From IMG/VR virus record IMGVR_UViG_2687453603_000006: a stretch of 20,000 nt of DNA; one strand, given 5' to 3'. How positions within the stretch are numbered: position 1 is the first letter of the stretch; every line of letters begins with the position of its first letter. Under the pieces are notes generated by a model. The model did not search any database, had not been told where the DNA came from, and saw only the letters and a list, made by a program, of their open reading frames with translations. Of the stretch, positions 8,604 to 17,091 are shown piece by piece. A program made the position numbers and the translations under genes. This DNA is from an uncultured virus (IMG/VR IMGVR_UViG_2687453603_000006) (Duplodnaviria > Heunggongvirae > Uroviricota > Caudoviricetes).

Positions 8604-11273
8604 TTGTCATATTTTAATAATGTCTATACGTTAAAATTAGATATCAAGCAACAAAACCCTAACCCAGTAATTCGTATTGTTCAATATGACTCAGCTGTTT
8701 TTAAAATAGAGTTATATGATAATGGACGAAAAATAGATATCAAAGATGGCGAGAGATTTACAGTTAGTGTAGAACATGAGGCTACTGGTGAAACTCATTC
8801 TGGTATCGCTAAATACGATGGTGAACAATTTGTTGTTTATGATTTAAGAAAAGCTGATATGAAAAATATTGGTACATATAGAGCAAGATTTGCCTCTTAT
8901 AAAGATAGAAACCGTGTTTCTTCACTAATGTTCAGATATGAAGTTTATGAAGATTATGAAACTGTTGGAGACGCTAGTGAATTAACTATGCTCCAAGAAC
9001 TATTCCAAGAAGTTGAAGAAGTTGGAAGAGTTACACAACGTCAAGGTGAATATGCTGAGGATCGTGGAGATTATGCTAATGCAGCTGGTGACTATGCAAA
9101 CCGTGCTGGAGACTCTCAGATTATGAATTGGCTACCTTACGTTAAGACCTTAGCTGAAAGAAATAAACTATATCCAAACCCGGAAAACGGCGATACTGTT
9201 TATGTTATTGATGAAAATAAAGTATTCAGGTATGACGGAATTGACGCATTAGACTGGGAAGCAATTTCTGGATATGACACTTCAGTTATTCAAGACATTT
9301 ATAATACTAAAGAAGATAAAACAGTTGTTGCTAAATTAAGAGAAGATTTAAATTCATTAACTATTGGTGCTAGAAACTTACTCACAGGTACAGATTTCGA
9401 AAAACCTATGAATTTAAAATATACCTCACCTACCTTTACTTTCACTCAAAATAAATCAGACTCATCTATGACATTAGCCCCTACTGATAAATACGTTTCA
9501 ACTTCTGCTGTATACTTTGATTTAGAAAAAGAAGCTCTCGAAAATAATTTCTTTACCCTTTCATTTAACGTAAAAGTATTAAGTGGTAGTGCTACACTCA
9601 AGTTTAAAGTTGGTGACGCTGCTTATTCTGAGCCTGTTACTGTAAAAGCTTCATCTAATTACCAACGTGTAGTATTAACTGCTTCAACTCAAGATTTAAA
9701 AACGAATAAAACTAACCTTTTATTGCAAACTACAAGTGCTATTGCCATTGAAAAAGAAAGCTTTAAAGCAGAAATCGGTAATAGAGCAACTACTTGGACA
9801 CCTTCTTATCTAGATGTAAAAACAAAACTGGATGACTATGGTACTAGAATTAAAGGTTTAGAAGTTGAAATGAACACAAACGTAGTTAAGAAATCGGTCT
9901 ATGAAGCTGATAAATCTAAAAATGAAGAGAAGCTCAGTAAGATTATACAAGACGCTAATAGTTTAACATCTATCGTTTCTAAGAAAGTTGATAAAGGTCA
10001 AGTTAAATCTATGATCAACCAAACTGCTGAACGTATCAAAATTAAAGCAAGTAATATTGATTTTGATGGAGTAGTTGTATTCAAAAACAGAAACAATAAG
10101 ATTGATCCTAACGCTTTTGTAAGAATTAACGGTGGAGAATTAACTGCTAAAGGTTACTACCGAAGAGTATGGCGTGATGGTAAAGCTCGTAACCGTGTTC
10201 AAGTTGTTCAACTTACAGACGGAATGCTAAGAATTTCCGATCCAAAAGGTGACTTAGTTGACTCAACAAAAGATAGAGACTATCGCTATGATATTGATGT
10301 TAATGGTAAGAGAGTTTATAGTACAGTTCGTTCTCTTTACTATTCTTCAGATGGTGTCTCTACTTACCGTGACGGTTCTGGTAAAGCATTTAATAAAGAA
10401 GGTAAAGTAGTTTCTTCTGGTACTATCGAATTCTTCTCACATGAATATTCTAGAAGTCGTGGTTTAACATTATATTCTGCTGGTGGTGCAATTGGTTTAC
10501 AAGCAGCTAACAATGCTATTCATATTGACGCAGCGGCTACTTTATATAATCGTTCAAGACAAGCTAATGTAATCATTCGACCTCATGAGAACGTTCGTAA
10601 AGGTATCAACGACTTCAAATTTGGTATTAGTGCTGATAATACAGGTAGACTTGTTTATGGTGATGAAAGTAAACGTTTAGGTGTAGGACTTAGATTTTCT
10701 AAATCATCTAAAAACAAAGTAATTACAGGTATTGACTCAACTGGACGTGCTAGTTCAGATGTACGTTTGGAAATTGGTGAAGTAAGAGCTAACAAAATTT
10801 TATCAAGAGATGGTAAGGAAACAGTTTACTTCAACAATGCTGGTAGTGGTAACTTAACTCAATCAGCTACTTTACGTGCTGGCGGTATCAAAACTAATGC
10901 AACTAACTTCTATGTTGGTGTACGTGGTGAACTACGTGTTACTAATACTAGAGGTGCTAACTTTGGTAAAGGTATTGGTTACATGCCTGTAAGAGCAAGT
11001 AAATTTAACTCTGTATCTAGTAGAAAATATAAAACAAATATTAAAGATTTAGAAATTAATTCTTTAGATGTTTTGAATTCTACTGATATTAAACAATACA
11101 ATCTTAAATCTGATTTAAATGACGGTATCGACAAAGTTAAATATGGTGTGATCCTTGAAGACTCTCATGACGCTTTAAAAGAAGGAGACGCAATTGACGT
11201 TTATACTATGACTTCTATCCTTTGGGATGTTGTTAAAAAGCAACAAAAAGAAATCGAGCAATTGAAAAAATAA
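8604..11273 (+). CDS. Tail fibre/receptor-binding protein: BppU-like N-terminus, CBM-like module, gp58-like/beta fibre, C-terminal peptidase S74 intramolecular chaperone
   Basis: TTG start with AAGGAG RBS; N-terminus IRIVQYDSAVFKIELYDNG (BppU/DUF2479-like); IGARNLL...AEIGNRATTWTPS module; SMINQTAERIKIKASNIDFDG; C-terminal VSSRKYKTNIKDL...YGVILED...LWDVVKKQQKEIEQLKK typical of S74 chaperones. Confidence 0.85.
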   Translation: MSYFNNVYTLKLDIKQQNPNPVIRIVQYDSAVFKIELYDNGRKIDIKDGERFTVSVEHEATGETHSGIAKYDGEQFVVYDLRKADMKNIGTYRARFASYKDRNRVSSLMFRYEVYEDYETVGDASELTMLQELFQEVEEVGRVTQRQGEYAEDRGDYANAAGDYANRAGDSQIMNWLPYVKTLAERNKLYPNPENGDTVYVIDENKVFRYDGIDALDWEAISGYDTSVIQDIYNTKEDKTVVAKLREDLNSLTIGARNLLTGTDFEKPMNLKYTSPTFTFTQNKSDSSMTLAPTDKYVSTSAVYFDLEKEALENNFFTLSFNVKVLSGSATLKFKVGDAAYSEPVTVKASSNYQRVVLTASTQDLKTNKTNLLLQTTSAIAIEKESFKAEIGNRATTWTPSYLDVKTKLDDYGTRIKGLEVEMNTNVVKKSVYEADKSKNEEKLSKIIQDANSLTSIVSKKVDKGQVKSMINQTAERIKIKASNIDFDGVVVFKNRNNKIDPNAFVRINGGELTAKGYYRRVWRDGKARNRVQVVQLTDGMLRISDPKGDLVDSTKDRDYRYDIDVNGKRVYSTVRSLYYSSDGVSTYRDGSGKAFNKEGKVVSSGTIEFFSHEYSRSRGLTLYSAGGAIGLQAANNAIHIDAAATLYNRSRQANVIIRPHENVRKGINDFKFGISADNTGRLVYGDESKRLGVGLRFSKSSKNKVITGIDSTGRASSDVRLEIGEVRANKILSRDGKETVYFNNAGSGNLTQSATLRAGGIKTNATNFYVGVRGELRVTNTRGANFGKGIGYMPVRASKFNSVSSRKYKTNIKDLEINSLDVLNSTDIKQYNLKSDLNDGIDKVKYGVILEDSHDALKEGDAIDVYTMTSILWDVVKKQQKEIEQLKK

Positions 11274-11279
11274 TCTCTA

Positions 11280-11310
11280 AGGTGGCTATTTATTAGTCAC
11301 CTATCTTCTT
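11280..11310 (+). terminator. Hairpin after tail fibre gene (weak terminator candidate)
   Basis: AGGTGGCTA-TTTAT-TAGTCACCT stem (one G:U) followed by ATCTTCTTT. Confidence 0.4.
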
Positions 11311-11328
11311 TATAAGGTGGTGATAACC

Positions 11329-11781
11329 ATTAGAAAGCTAAATGAGTTAAGAGAACTGTTCAAGAAAAACTTGTTACAGTTAAATATAGCCACAATTGGT
11401 TTTGATGTATTAATCATAAGTACAAGTATAATTGGTATGATCAAATCAATAGAATGGATCAATAAGAACACTAGTGAATTAAAAAATGCTTCTATATTCT
11501 ACTATAATATCTCTGAAGTTGTTGATATACAGATAATGGGATGGTTGCTTTTAGTATCATGTTTCTTATTATTAATTTCAGTATTCATTAGAACACCAAA
11601 TGAATTCAGACTTATGATTTTAGGTGGCTTGGTATCAGGCTTAGTTTATTTTGCATTTGGCATTCTTGCAGTGGATAACGCTTCTTTATACGCAACATAT
11701 TACAACAATCTTATCAATGGATGGGTTCAAATAATAATAGCAGGAATGGGTGCAATTGGCATATGGAAAACGAAAGTATAA
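11329..11781 (+). CDS. Membrane protein, ~4 predicted TM helices (lysis-module associated); start uncertain (ATT 11329 or GTG 11317)
   Basis: Four hydrophobic stretches; strong SD AAGGTGGTGA at 11314-11323 covers the GTG calls and lies 5 nt before an in-frame ATT. Confidence 0.75.
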   Translation: MRKLNELRELFKKNLLQLNIATIGFDVLIISTSIIGMIKSIEWINKNTSELKNASIFYYNISEVVDIQIMGWLLLVSCFLLLISVFIRTPNEFRLMILGGLVSGLVYFAFGILAVDNASLYATYYNNLINGWVQIIIAGMGAIGIWKTKV

Positions 11782-12275
11782 TCGAGGTGCAATTATCTGG
11801 TATTAAGGAAGATGTAACAAAACTACAAGAAGATCATGACAAAACAAAAGAGCGTCAAGATAAACTTGACACTAAAATTGAAAAAACTTTAGATAGAATG
11901 CAAAAGTATCAAGATATGAACAATGAAAAGTTTTTACAATTAAGTATAAACAATGCTCAAATGTTAGAGATGACTAAAAATGTAGAAAAGAATACTGAAA
12001 GAACTGCGGATATCATGGAGAGAATGGTTGAAGACGATAAAGAAACAAAGGCTTCAATTGATAAAAAGTTTGCAGAAGTCGATGACGATATTAGTGACTT
12101 GAAATCAGAAATTCATACTAAAATCAATTCTATTGAGACTACTAGTATTAGTGAAGATGGAGAGTCGAGAATATCTGGTAAGACTTGGGGGACAATTTTG
12201 ATTGCCCTTTTTGCACTTATGGAAACAATGATTAAGGTAGTAGCTCCCCTACTAGCTCCGTTAATCACAAAATAA
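11763..12275 (+). CDS. Coiled-coil protein with C-terminal TM anchor (XhlA/BhlA-like lysis accessory candidate), ~170 aa
   Basis: Probable start ATG 11763 (AGGAATGGGTG upstream), overlapping the previous gene; long heptad region, then WGTILIALFALMETMIKVVAPLLAPLI; directly upstream of the holin. Confidence 0.7.
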   Translation: MENESIIEVQLSGIKEDVTKLQEDHDKTKERQDKLDTKIEKTLDRMQKYQDMNNEKFLQLSINNAQMLEMTKNVEKNTERTADIMERMVEDDKETKASIDKKFAEVDDDISDLKSEIHTKINSIETTSISEDGESRISGKTWGTILIALFALMETMIKVVAPLLAPLITK

Positions 12276-12296
12276 ATTTAAAGGAGATAAGATATA

Positions 12297-12626
12297 ATGA
12301 TTAAACTTGATAAAGGATCACTTGTTAGAGGTGTTTTAGGTTTGCTTGCTTTCGTAAACGTAGCTTTAGAATTGTCTGGTCATAACCCTATTCCTATTGA
12401 TGAAGGTGCAATTAATACATTTATTACTCTAGCCTTCTTAGGTGCCACAACTATTCTTGGCTATTATAAGAACTTCAATGTAACTCAAGAGGCACATATT
12501 GCTCAAGCTAACTTAAATGCTTTGAAACAACAAAAGAAATACGCACAAAACACAGGCGGAGTAATCTCAGCAGCTATGGCTGATGAAGATAGTCTTCCTA
12601 ACAAACATTTAGATCAAACTATTTAA
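12297..12626 (+). CDS. Holin, SPP1 family (XhlB/BhlB-like)
   Basis: DKGSLVR...LAFVNxxLxxxGHNPIPIDE...YYKNFNVTQEA signature of Holin_SPP1; two TM segments; AAAGGAG RBS. Confidence 0.88.
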   Translation: MIKLDKGSLVRGVLGLLAFVNVALELSGHNPIPIDEGAINTFITLAFLGATTILGYYKNFNVTQEAHIAQANLNALKQQKKYAQNTGGVISAAMADEDSLPNKHLDQTI

Positions 12627-12629
12627 TCT

Positions 12630-12658
12630 AAGCCGAGTTATCTATTAACTCGGTTTTA
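12630..12658 (+). terminator. Putative intrinsic terminator after holin
   Basis: AAGCCGAGTTA-TCTAT-TAACTCGGTTT stem followed by a short T run. Confidence 0.55.
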
Positions 12659-12677
12659 ATTAATAAGGAGTGCAATA

Positions 12678-14339
12678 ATGAGAAGAAATTTAATTAATAA
12701 TTATCGTTTCTTAGATTTCCCACAAGAGACTTCTATTGAAATTAAGCAAGGTGACTTTACTCCTATCACTGTTAAATTAGACTCTACTGAGACGATTAAA
12801 GATGATGGTAAAGACGCAAAAGTTATCTTAATCAACACTGACAATGAGAAAGTTTTTGAAACTAGCGTACCAGCAAAAAATAGAATTATCGAGTTTGCTA
12901 TTAATAAGAACTTACCTAAGGGAAGATACTTTTTAGAGATTGTCTATAATCAAATGAAGTTCCCTTCTAGAGATTATAAAACTATCATCATTAATGGTTC
13001 AGCTTCACTAGGTAGTTTAAAAGAAATTAACATTATTAGTGAGGATGACGTTAAAAATAGATTTATCTCTGAAGCTAAAAAAGAATTATCAGCAGATATT
13101 GATCAACTAGTTAGTGAAAAACTTAATAAGTACGTCACTGAAAATCAAGAAGATTTAAAAGGTCAATCTATATCTATTGCTAGTCATGAATTCGATAAGA
13201 ATGGTAATTTAAATATAACTTTTAGCGATGAAACTTCTATTCAAATACCTAAAGGTCAAGATGGTCGTAACGGTGAAAATGGTAGAGATGGTTTGAACGG
13301 AAGAGATGGTCAATCTACAACTACTATTACCGAGCGTGGAACAAGCGATAATCGTAACGGTGTGTTTATTCGTACTTACAAGGTTGATCATGAAGGTATT
13401 AAACAAGATTTAATAAGTGAAACTTTTGTTTCTGATGGAAGAGATGGAAGCAACGGTCAAGACGGTAAACAAGGTAAAAATGGTAATGACGGTCAAGATG
13501 GTCATTCTGTCAATGTTGATCATGTTGAATATGATGAAGATGATAATACAGTTATACATTTCACAGATGGAAAATCTGCAATTATCAAAAAAGGTATTCA
13601 AGGTGAACGAGGTGAAGATGGTCTCAATGGTAACGATGGTATATCAGTGAGCATTAAGAATATTGAAACAGACAACTCTGGAAACAAAGTTGTAAACTTC
13701 ACTGATGGAAACTCAGTAACAATACCTAAAGGTGAACGTGGACTTGATGGCAAAGATGGCACTAACGGAAAATCATTCACATATTCTGACTTTACTCAAG
13801 AACAATTAGAAAGTTTAAAAGGTAAAGACGGAAATGATGGTAAGCAAGGTGCTGACGGTAAATCAATTACTATTGAAGAAACTACAACTAATAATCAAGG
13901 TGATAAAGAAGTACGCTTCTCTGATGGTACTACTCTAGTTATTCCAAAAGGACAAAATGGACAAGATGGAAAACAAGGAGAAGCCGGTAAGAATGGTGAG
14001 AATGGAACTGATGGCCAAGACGGAAAATCAGTAACAGTTACTTCTGAACGTGGAAAAGATGATGAAGGAAACAGTGGAATAAAATTCACATTTTATCATG
14101 AAATTGATGGTGAAAAAACACAGGTAATAACGTCTTCTTTCATACGTGATGGAAAAGATGGTAAAGATGGTAAATCTTTTTCTTTTAGTGATTTAACTGA
14201 AGAAGATTTTAAAAAGATTTTAGATTACGGAATTAAAAATAATTACTTTAACTCTAAAAGTGAAACTGATTTTTTAATCAGTAATAACCCACCTTTAGAT
14301 AAAAATAAAATTTGGATAGATACAGGAGTCGATGAATAA
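12678..14339 (+). CDS. Collagen-like side fibre protein with BppU-like N-terminus
   Basis: AAGGAG RBS; N-terminus IKQGDFT...GRYFLEI...FPS (BppU-like); many Gly-X-Y tracts (GQDGRNGENGRDG) separated by repeated small domains. Confidence 0.85.
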   Translation: MRRNLINNYRFLDFPQETSIEIKQGDFTPITVKLDSTETIKDDGKDAKVILINTDNEKVFETSVPAKNRIIEFAINKNLPKGRYFLEIVYNQMKFPSRDYKTIIINGSASLGSLKEINIISEDDVKNRFISEAKKELSADIDQLVSEKLNKYVTENQEDLKGQSISIASHEFDKNGNLNITFSDETSIQIPKGQDGRNGENGRDGLNGRDGQSTTTITERGTSDNRNGVFIRTYKVDHEGIKQDLISETFVSDGRDGSNGQDGKQGKNGNDGQDGHSVNVDHVEYDEDDNTVIHFTDGKSAIIKKGIQGERGEDGLNGNDGISVSIKNIETDNSGNKVVNFTDGNSVTIPKGERGLDGKDGTNGKSFTYSDFTQEQLESLKGKDGNDGKQGADGKSITIEETTTNNQGDKEVRFSDGTTLVIPKGQNGQDGKQGEAGKNGENGTDGQDGKSVTVTSERGKDDEGNSGIKFTFYHEIDGEKTQVITSSFIRDGKDGKDGKSFSFSDLTEEDFKKILDYGIKNNYFNSKSETDFLISNNPPLDKNKIWIDTGVDE

Positions 14340-14866
14340 TGAACGCAATACCTAAAATTTATGATGAAGAAAAAAACGAATGGGTTGAATTAGTAACTAA
14401 ACCTATTGCTGAAGAAGTTGTAAGAATTATGGAAGACAATTTCATGAAAAATAAAGGTCAAATTAAGTTATTAAAATTACCATATGGAAAATATTATAAA
14501 GAACAAGATGTATATGAATATACATATTATATGTTCTATAATTCTAAAGTATCACAAAAAGTTGTTGATGAAGCATATGGAACACTAAAAGGATCAGTTC
14601 AATATGTATATGACTCGCTACCAGAAAAAAGAGAATTGACATACAATGATTTAAAACAAGAATATTCTTTCCGTGCTTTTGAAAAGGCTATATTAGGGTT
14701 TAATGTGCTTTATCAAGATGAATTTGGTAGTACAGCAGTTGTTCATAGTAAAGATGTTAGTGAATTAGAATTGTATAATGTGATAGGTTCTTATAACTTC
14801 ACAGTATCTTATATCTTCAATGATAACCCGATAGAAAAAAATCAATTCGTACACAAGGCATATTAA
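14339..14866 (+). CDS. Hypothetical protein (175 aa), translationally coupled to the collagen fibre gene
   Basis: TAATG stop/start overlap at 14337-14341; AGGAG at 14324-14328. Confidence 0.8.
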   Translation: MNAIPKIYDEEKNEWVELVTKPIAEEVVRIMEDNFMKNKGQIKLLKLPYGKYYKEQDVYEYTYYMFYNSKVSQKVVDEAYGTLKGSVQYVYDSLPEKRELTYNDLKQEYSFRAFEKAILGFNVLYQDEFGSTAVVHSKDVSELELYNVIGSYNFTVSYIFNDNPIEKNQFVHKAY

Positions 14867-14960
14867 TTAAATATAAGTTACATACCCAAACAACTAAATC
14901 TAAATAAAATTACAATTTTATCTTATATTATAACACAAGAAATAACATATAAGAACCTTA

Positions 14961-14990
14961 AAGAACTAGTTAACGCTAGTTCTTTTTTTT
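14961..14990 (+). terminator. Intrinsic terminator upstream of the endolysin
   Basis: AAGAACTAG-TTAACG-CTAGTTCTT followed by a T run to 14990. Confidence 0.7.
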
Positions 14991-15022
14991 ATTACATAAA
15001 TTTAACTAAGGAGTGTTGTTCT

Positions 15023-16525
15023 TTGAAAACTCAAAAACAAGTCGCTGAAAGATTGCGTGCTTACGTTAACGGTACTGTTGATAGTCCATATCGAGTTAGA
15101 ACTTGGACTCATTATGATGATGATTTTGGAACAATGGAACCGGGTTGTATTGATGTTGATCGTAGCTTCCATGCTCAATGTATGGATCTCGTAGTTGACT
15201 ATTGTTTATGGATATCTGATAATCAATTCAGAATTCGTGGTAATGCAAAACAAGCTATCGACAACCCTCTTCCAAAAGGCTGGAAAATTATTCGTAATGA
15301 AAGAGCCACAGTGCCGAAACAGGGCTGGATAGGTGTTAATACAAGCACATATTATGGTCATATTTGGCTCGTTGATAAAGGTGCTACTCAAATGACTATG
15401 CCTGTTATTGAGCAAAACTGGAATTCGTTAGCGAACTTAAAACCAAAACGTAGACTTGATTACTACTATGGTTGTACTCACTTTATCGTTCCGCCAATTA
15501 GTTCAAATAATGCTATTGTGAGAGCTGCTAAGAACGTTTTACCTAGTCCTAAACCTATGAAAGTATTACTTGTAGCTGGACATGGTAAAGGTGCTTATTC
15601 AAACGATCCTGGTACAGTAAATACTGAATTAGATATTTGTGAAAGAGACTTTGTTAGACAAAAAATCGTTCCTAATGTTGCTAAGTATCTTAGACAAGCA
15701 GAAGTTAATGTACAATTGTATGGTGGTTCTACTATGAACCAAGACATGTATCAAGACACTAAATATGGTGTTAATCTTGGAGATACTAAGAGATATGGAA
15801 TGTACTGGGCTGCTCGACAAGGTTTCGATCAAATTGTCGAATTCCATTTGGACTCAGCTGGCTCACAAGCTTCTGGTGGCCATGTAATTATTGATAATAA
15901 CGTATATCAAGATAAGATTGATGAAAGACTTCATAAGGTTATTGATAAATACGTTGGTACAATTCGAGGTATAGACAAGCGTGATAACTTATTGAATGCT
16001 AACGTATCTGCCGACCTAAACCAAAATTATAGATTAGTTGAATTAGGTTTCATTACTAATAAAACTGATGTAAGAAATATCGAGAGACATCTTGAAGACT
16101 TCACTAAAGAAATGGCTGAAGCTATTGTTGGTAATGTTATCGGTAATAACTTAGGTTCTCAAGATATAAAGCCTTCTACTAAAAAAGGTAGTAAATCTAA
16201 ACCTTCTAAGAAAAAACCTAAACCTCAACAAATTGAGTGGAAGTGGTCTGGCACTTTCTACCCTAATACATTGATCAAAGTTAGAAGAAACTGGGGGCTT
16301 AACGGTGAAGAAGTTCCTAGAAAATTCTGGCTTAATGGAGAAAAAGACTGGGTATATATCCATTCAGTTATCAAAGACACTAAGAATAAATTATGGTGGG
16401 CTAAGATGACTTATCCTCAAAACAAGGAAATTAAATACTTCTATTGTGCTTTAGGTAAAATCACTGATAAAGAAGCCAAAATTAAAAAAGAAAAAGAATT
16501 ATATGGTAAAATTAAATGGAAATAA
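15023..16525 (+). CDS. Endolysin: CHAP (LysK-type) + N-acetylmuramoyl-L-alanine amidase_3 + SH3-like cell-wall-binding domain
   Basis: TTG start with AAGGAG RBS; CHAP catalytic motifs HAQCMDL, YGHI, IEQNW; amidase_3 motifs LVAGHG, ERDF, EFHLDS, LVELGFITN; Lys/Pro linker; C-terminal WKWSGTFYPNTLIKVRR...WW...YFY domain. Confidence 0.93.
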   Translation: MKTQKQVAERLRAYVNGTVDSPYRVRTWTHYDDDFGTMEPGCIDVDRSFHAQCMDLVVDYCLWISDNQFRIRGNAKQAIDNPLPKGWKIIRNERATVPKQGWIGVNTSTYYGHIWLVDKGATQMTMPVIEQNWNSLANLKPKRRLDYYYGCTHFIVPPISSNNAIVRAAKNVLPSPKPMKVLLVAGHGKGAYSNDPGTVNTELDICERDFVRQKIVPNVAKYLRQAEVNVQLYGGSTMNQDMYQDTKYGVNLGDTKRYGMYWAARQGFDQIVEFHLDSAGSQASGGHVIIDNNVYQDKIDERLHKVIDKYVGTIRGIDKRDNLLNANVSADLNQNYRLVELGFITNKTDVRNIERHLEDFTKEMAEAIVGNVIGNNLGSQDIKPSTKKGSKSKPSKKKPKPQQIEWKWSGTFYPNTLIKVRRNWGLNGEEVPRKFWLNGEKDWVYIHSVIKDTKNKLWWAKMTYPQNKEIKYFYCALGKITDKEAKIKKEKELYGKIKWK

Positions 16526-16548
16526 TCATTTAAGATTATTATAATTTA

Positions 16549-16591
16549 TCCCCTCTGACTATTTAAAATAGTTGGAGGGGAATTTTTTTTT
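16549..16591 (+). terminator. Intrinsic terminator ending the late operon
   Basis: TCCCCTCTGACTATT-TAA-AATAGTTGGAGGGGA stem followed by T9. Confidence 0.85.
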
Positions 16592-16600
16592 GTCTAAATT

Positions 16601-16807
16601 TTATACTAGCTTTAAATTTAATTTTGTTTGAGCCATCAAACAATTTGTTACTATTGTGCTTGTCTGTAAATCAGTTAGTCTTATAGTGTAAGAACCTTCT
16701 TCAGTCCTTATAACGATCATTACATCTTCAATTTTTCCGTCTCGATATCTGGAATAATTAGTCCTTGTGTAGCTTTACCAATAAAATTTACGTTCATTTC
16801 CATTCAA
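16601..16807 (-). pseudogene. Small disrupted ORF (68 codons, internal TAA) or two coupled mini-ORFs
   Basis: GGGAGG RBS (16820-16815) 7 nt before TTG 16807; in-frame TAA at 16777-16775, then the frame stays open to TAA 16603-16601. Alternative: ATG 16803 (27 aa) whose TAA overlaps ATG 16720 (39 aa). Confidence 0.45.
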
Positions 16808-17091
16808 ACATTATCCTCCCGTTGTATTGTAAACGTAGTAAAAATGTGAAACTACTTGTAACTATGTAAACCCTTCTTGATACTTAGTTGATAACCCTTA
16901 ACTTTTATTTAAGAGTTGGAGTAAGAATTAATAAATACATAAATAGGTAATTTAACTTAGTCTAAAGAAAAATGTTTATATAATTACTAAAAAACTTAAT
17001 TGTGTTTCCCAATTATTTACACTCTTAAATGCATAATTTGAAATCGCTAAATAAATATATCACGAATATAAAAAATATAGTATAAGTAACA

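Noticed and set aside
915..16363. Short antisense/alternative-frame ORFs inside tail, fibre and lysin genes
   Set aside because: Fully nested in well-supported genes with no recognisable motifs; expected shadows of biased codon usage.
16521..16546. AATAATC-N6-GATTATT palindrome / PerR-like half site
   Set aside because: Lies at the lysin stop codon before a terminator, with no downstream gene to regulate; plausible by chance in AT-rich DNA.
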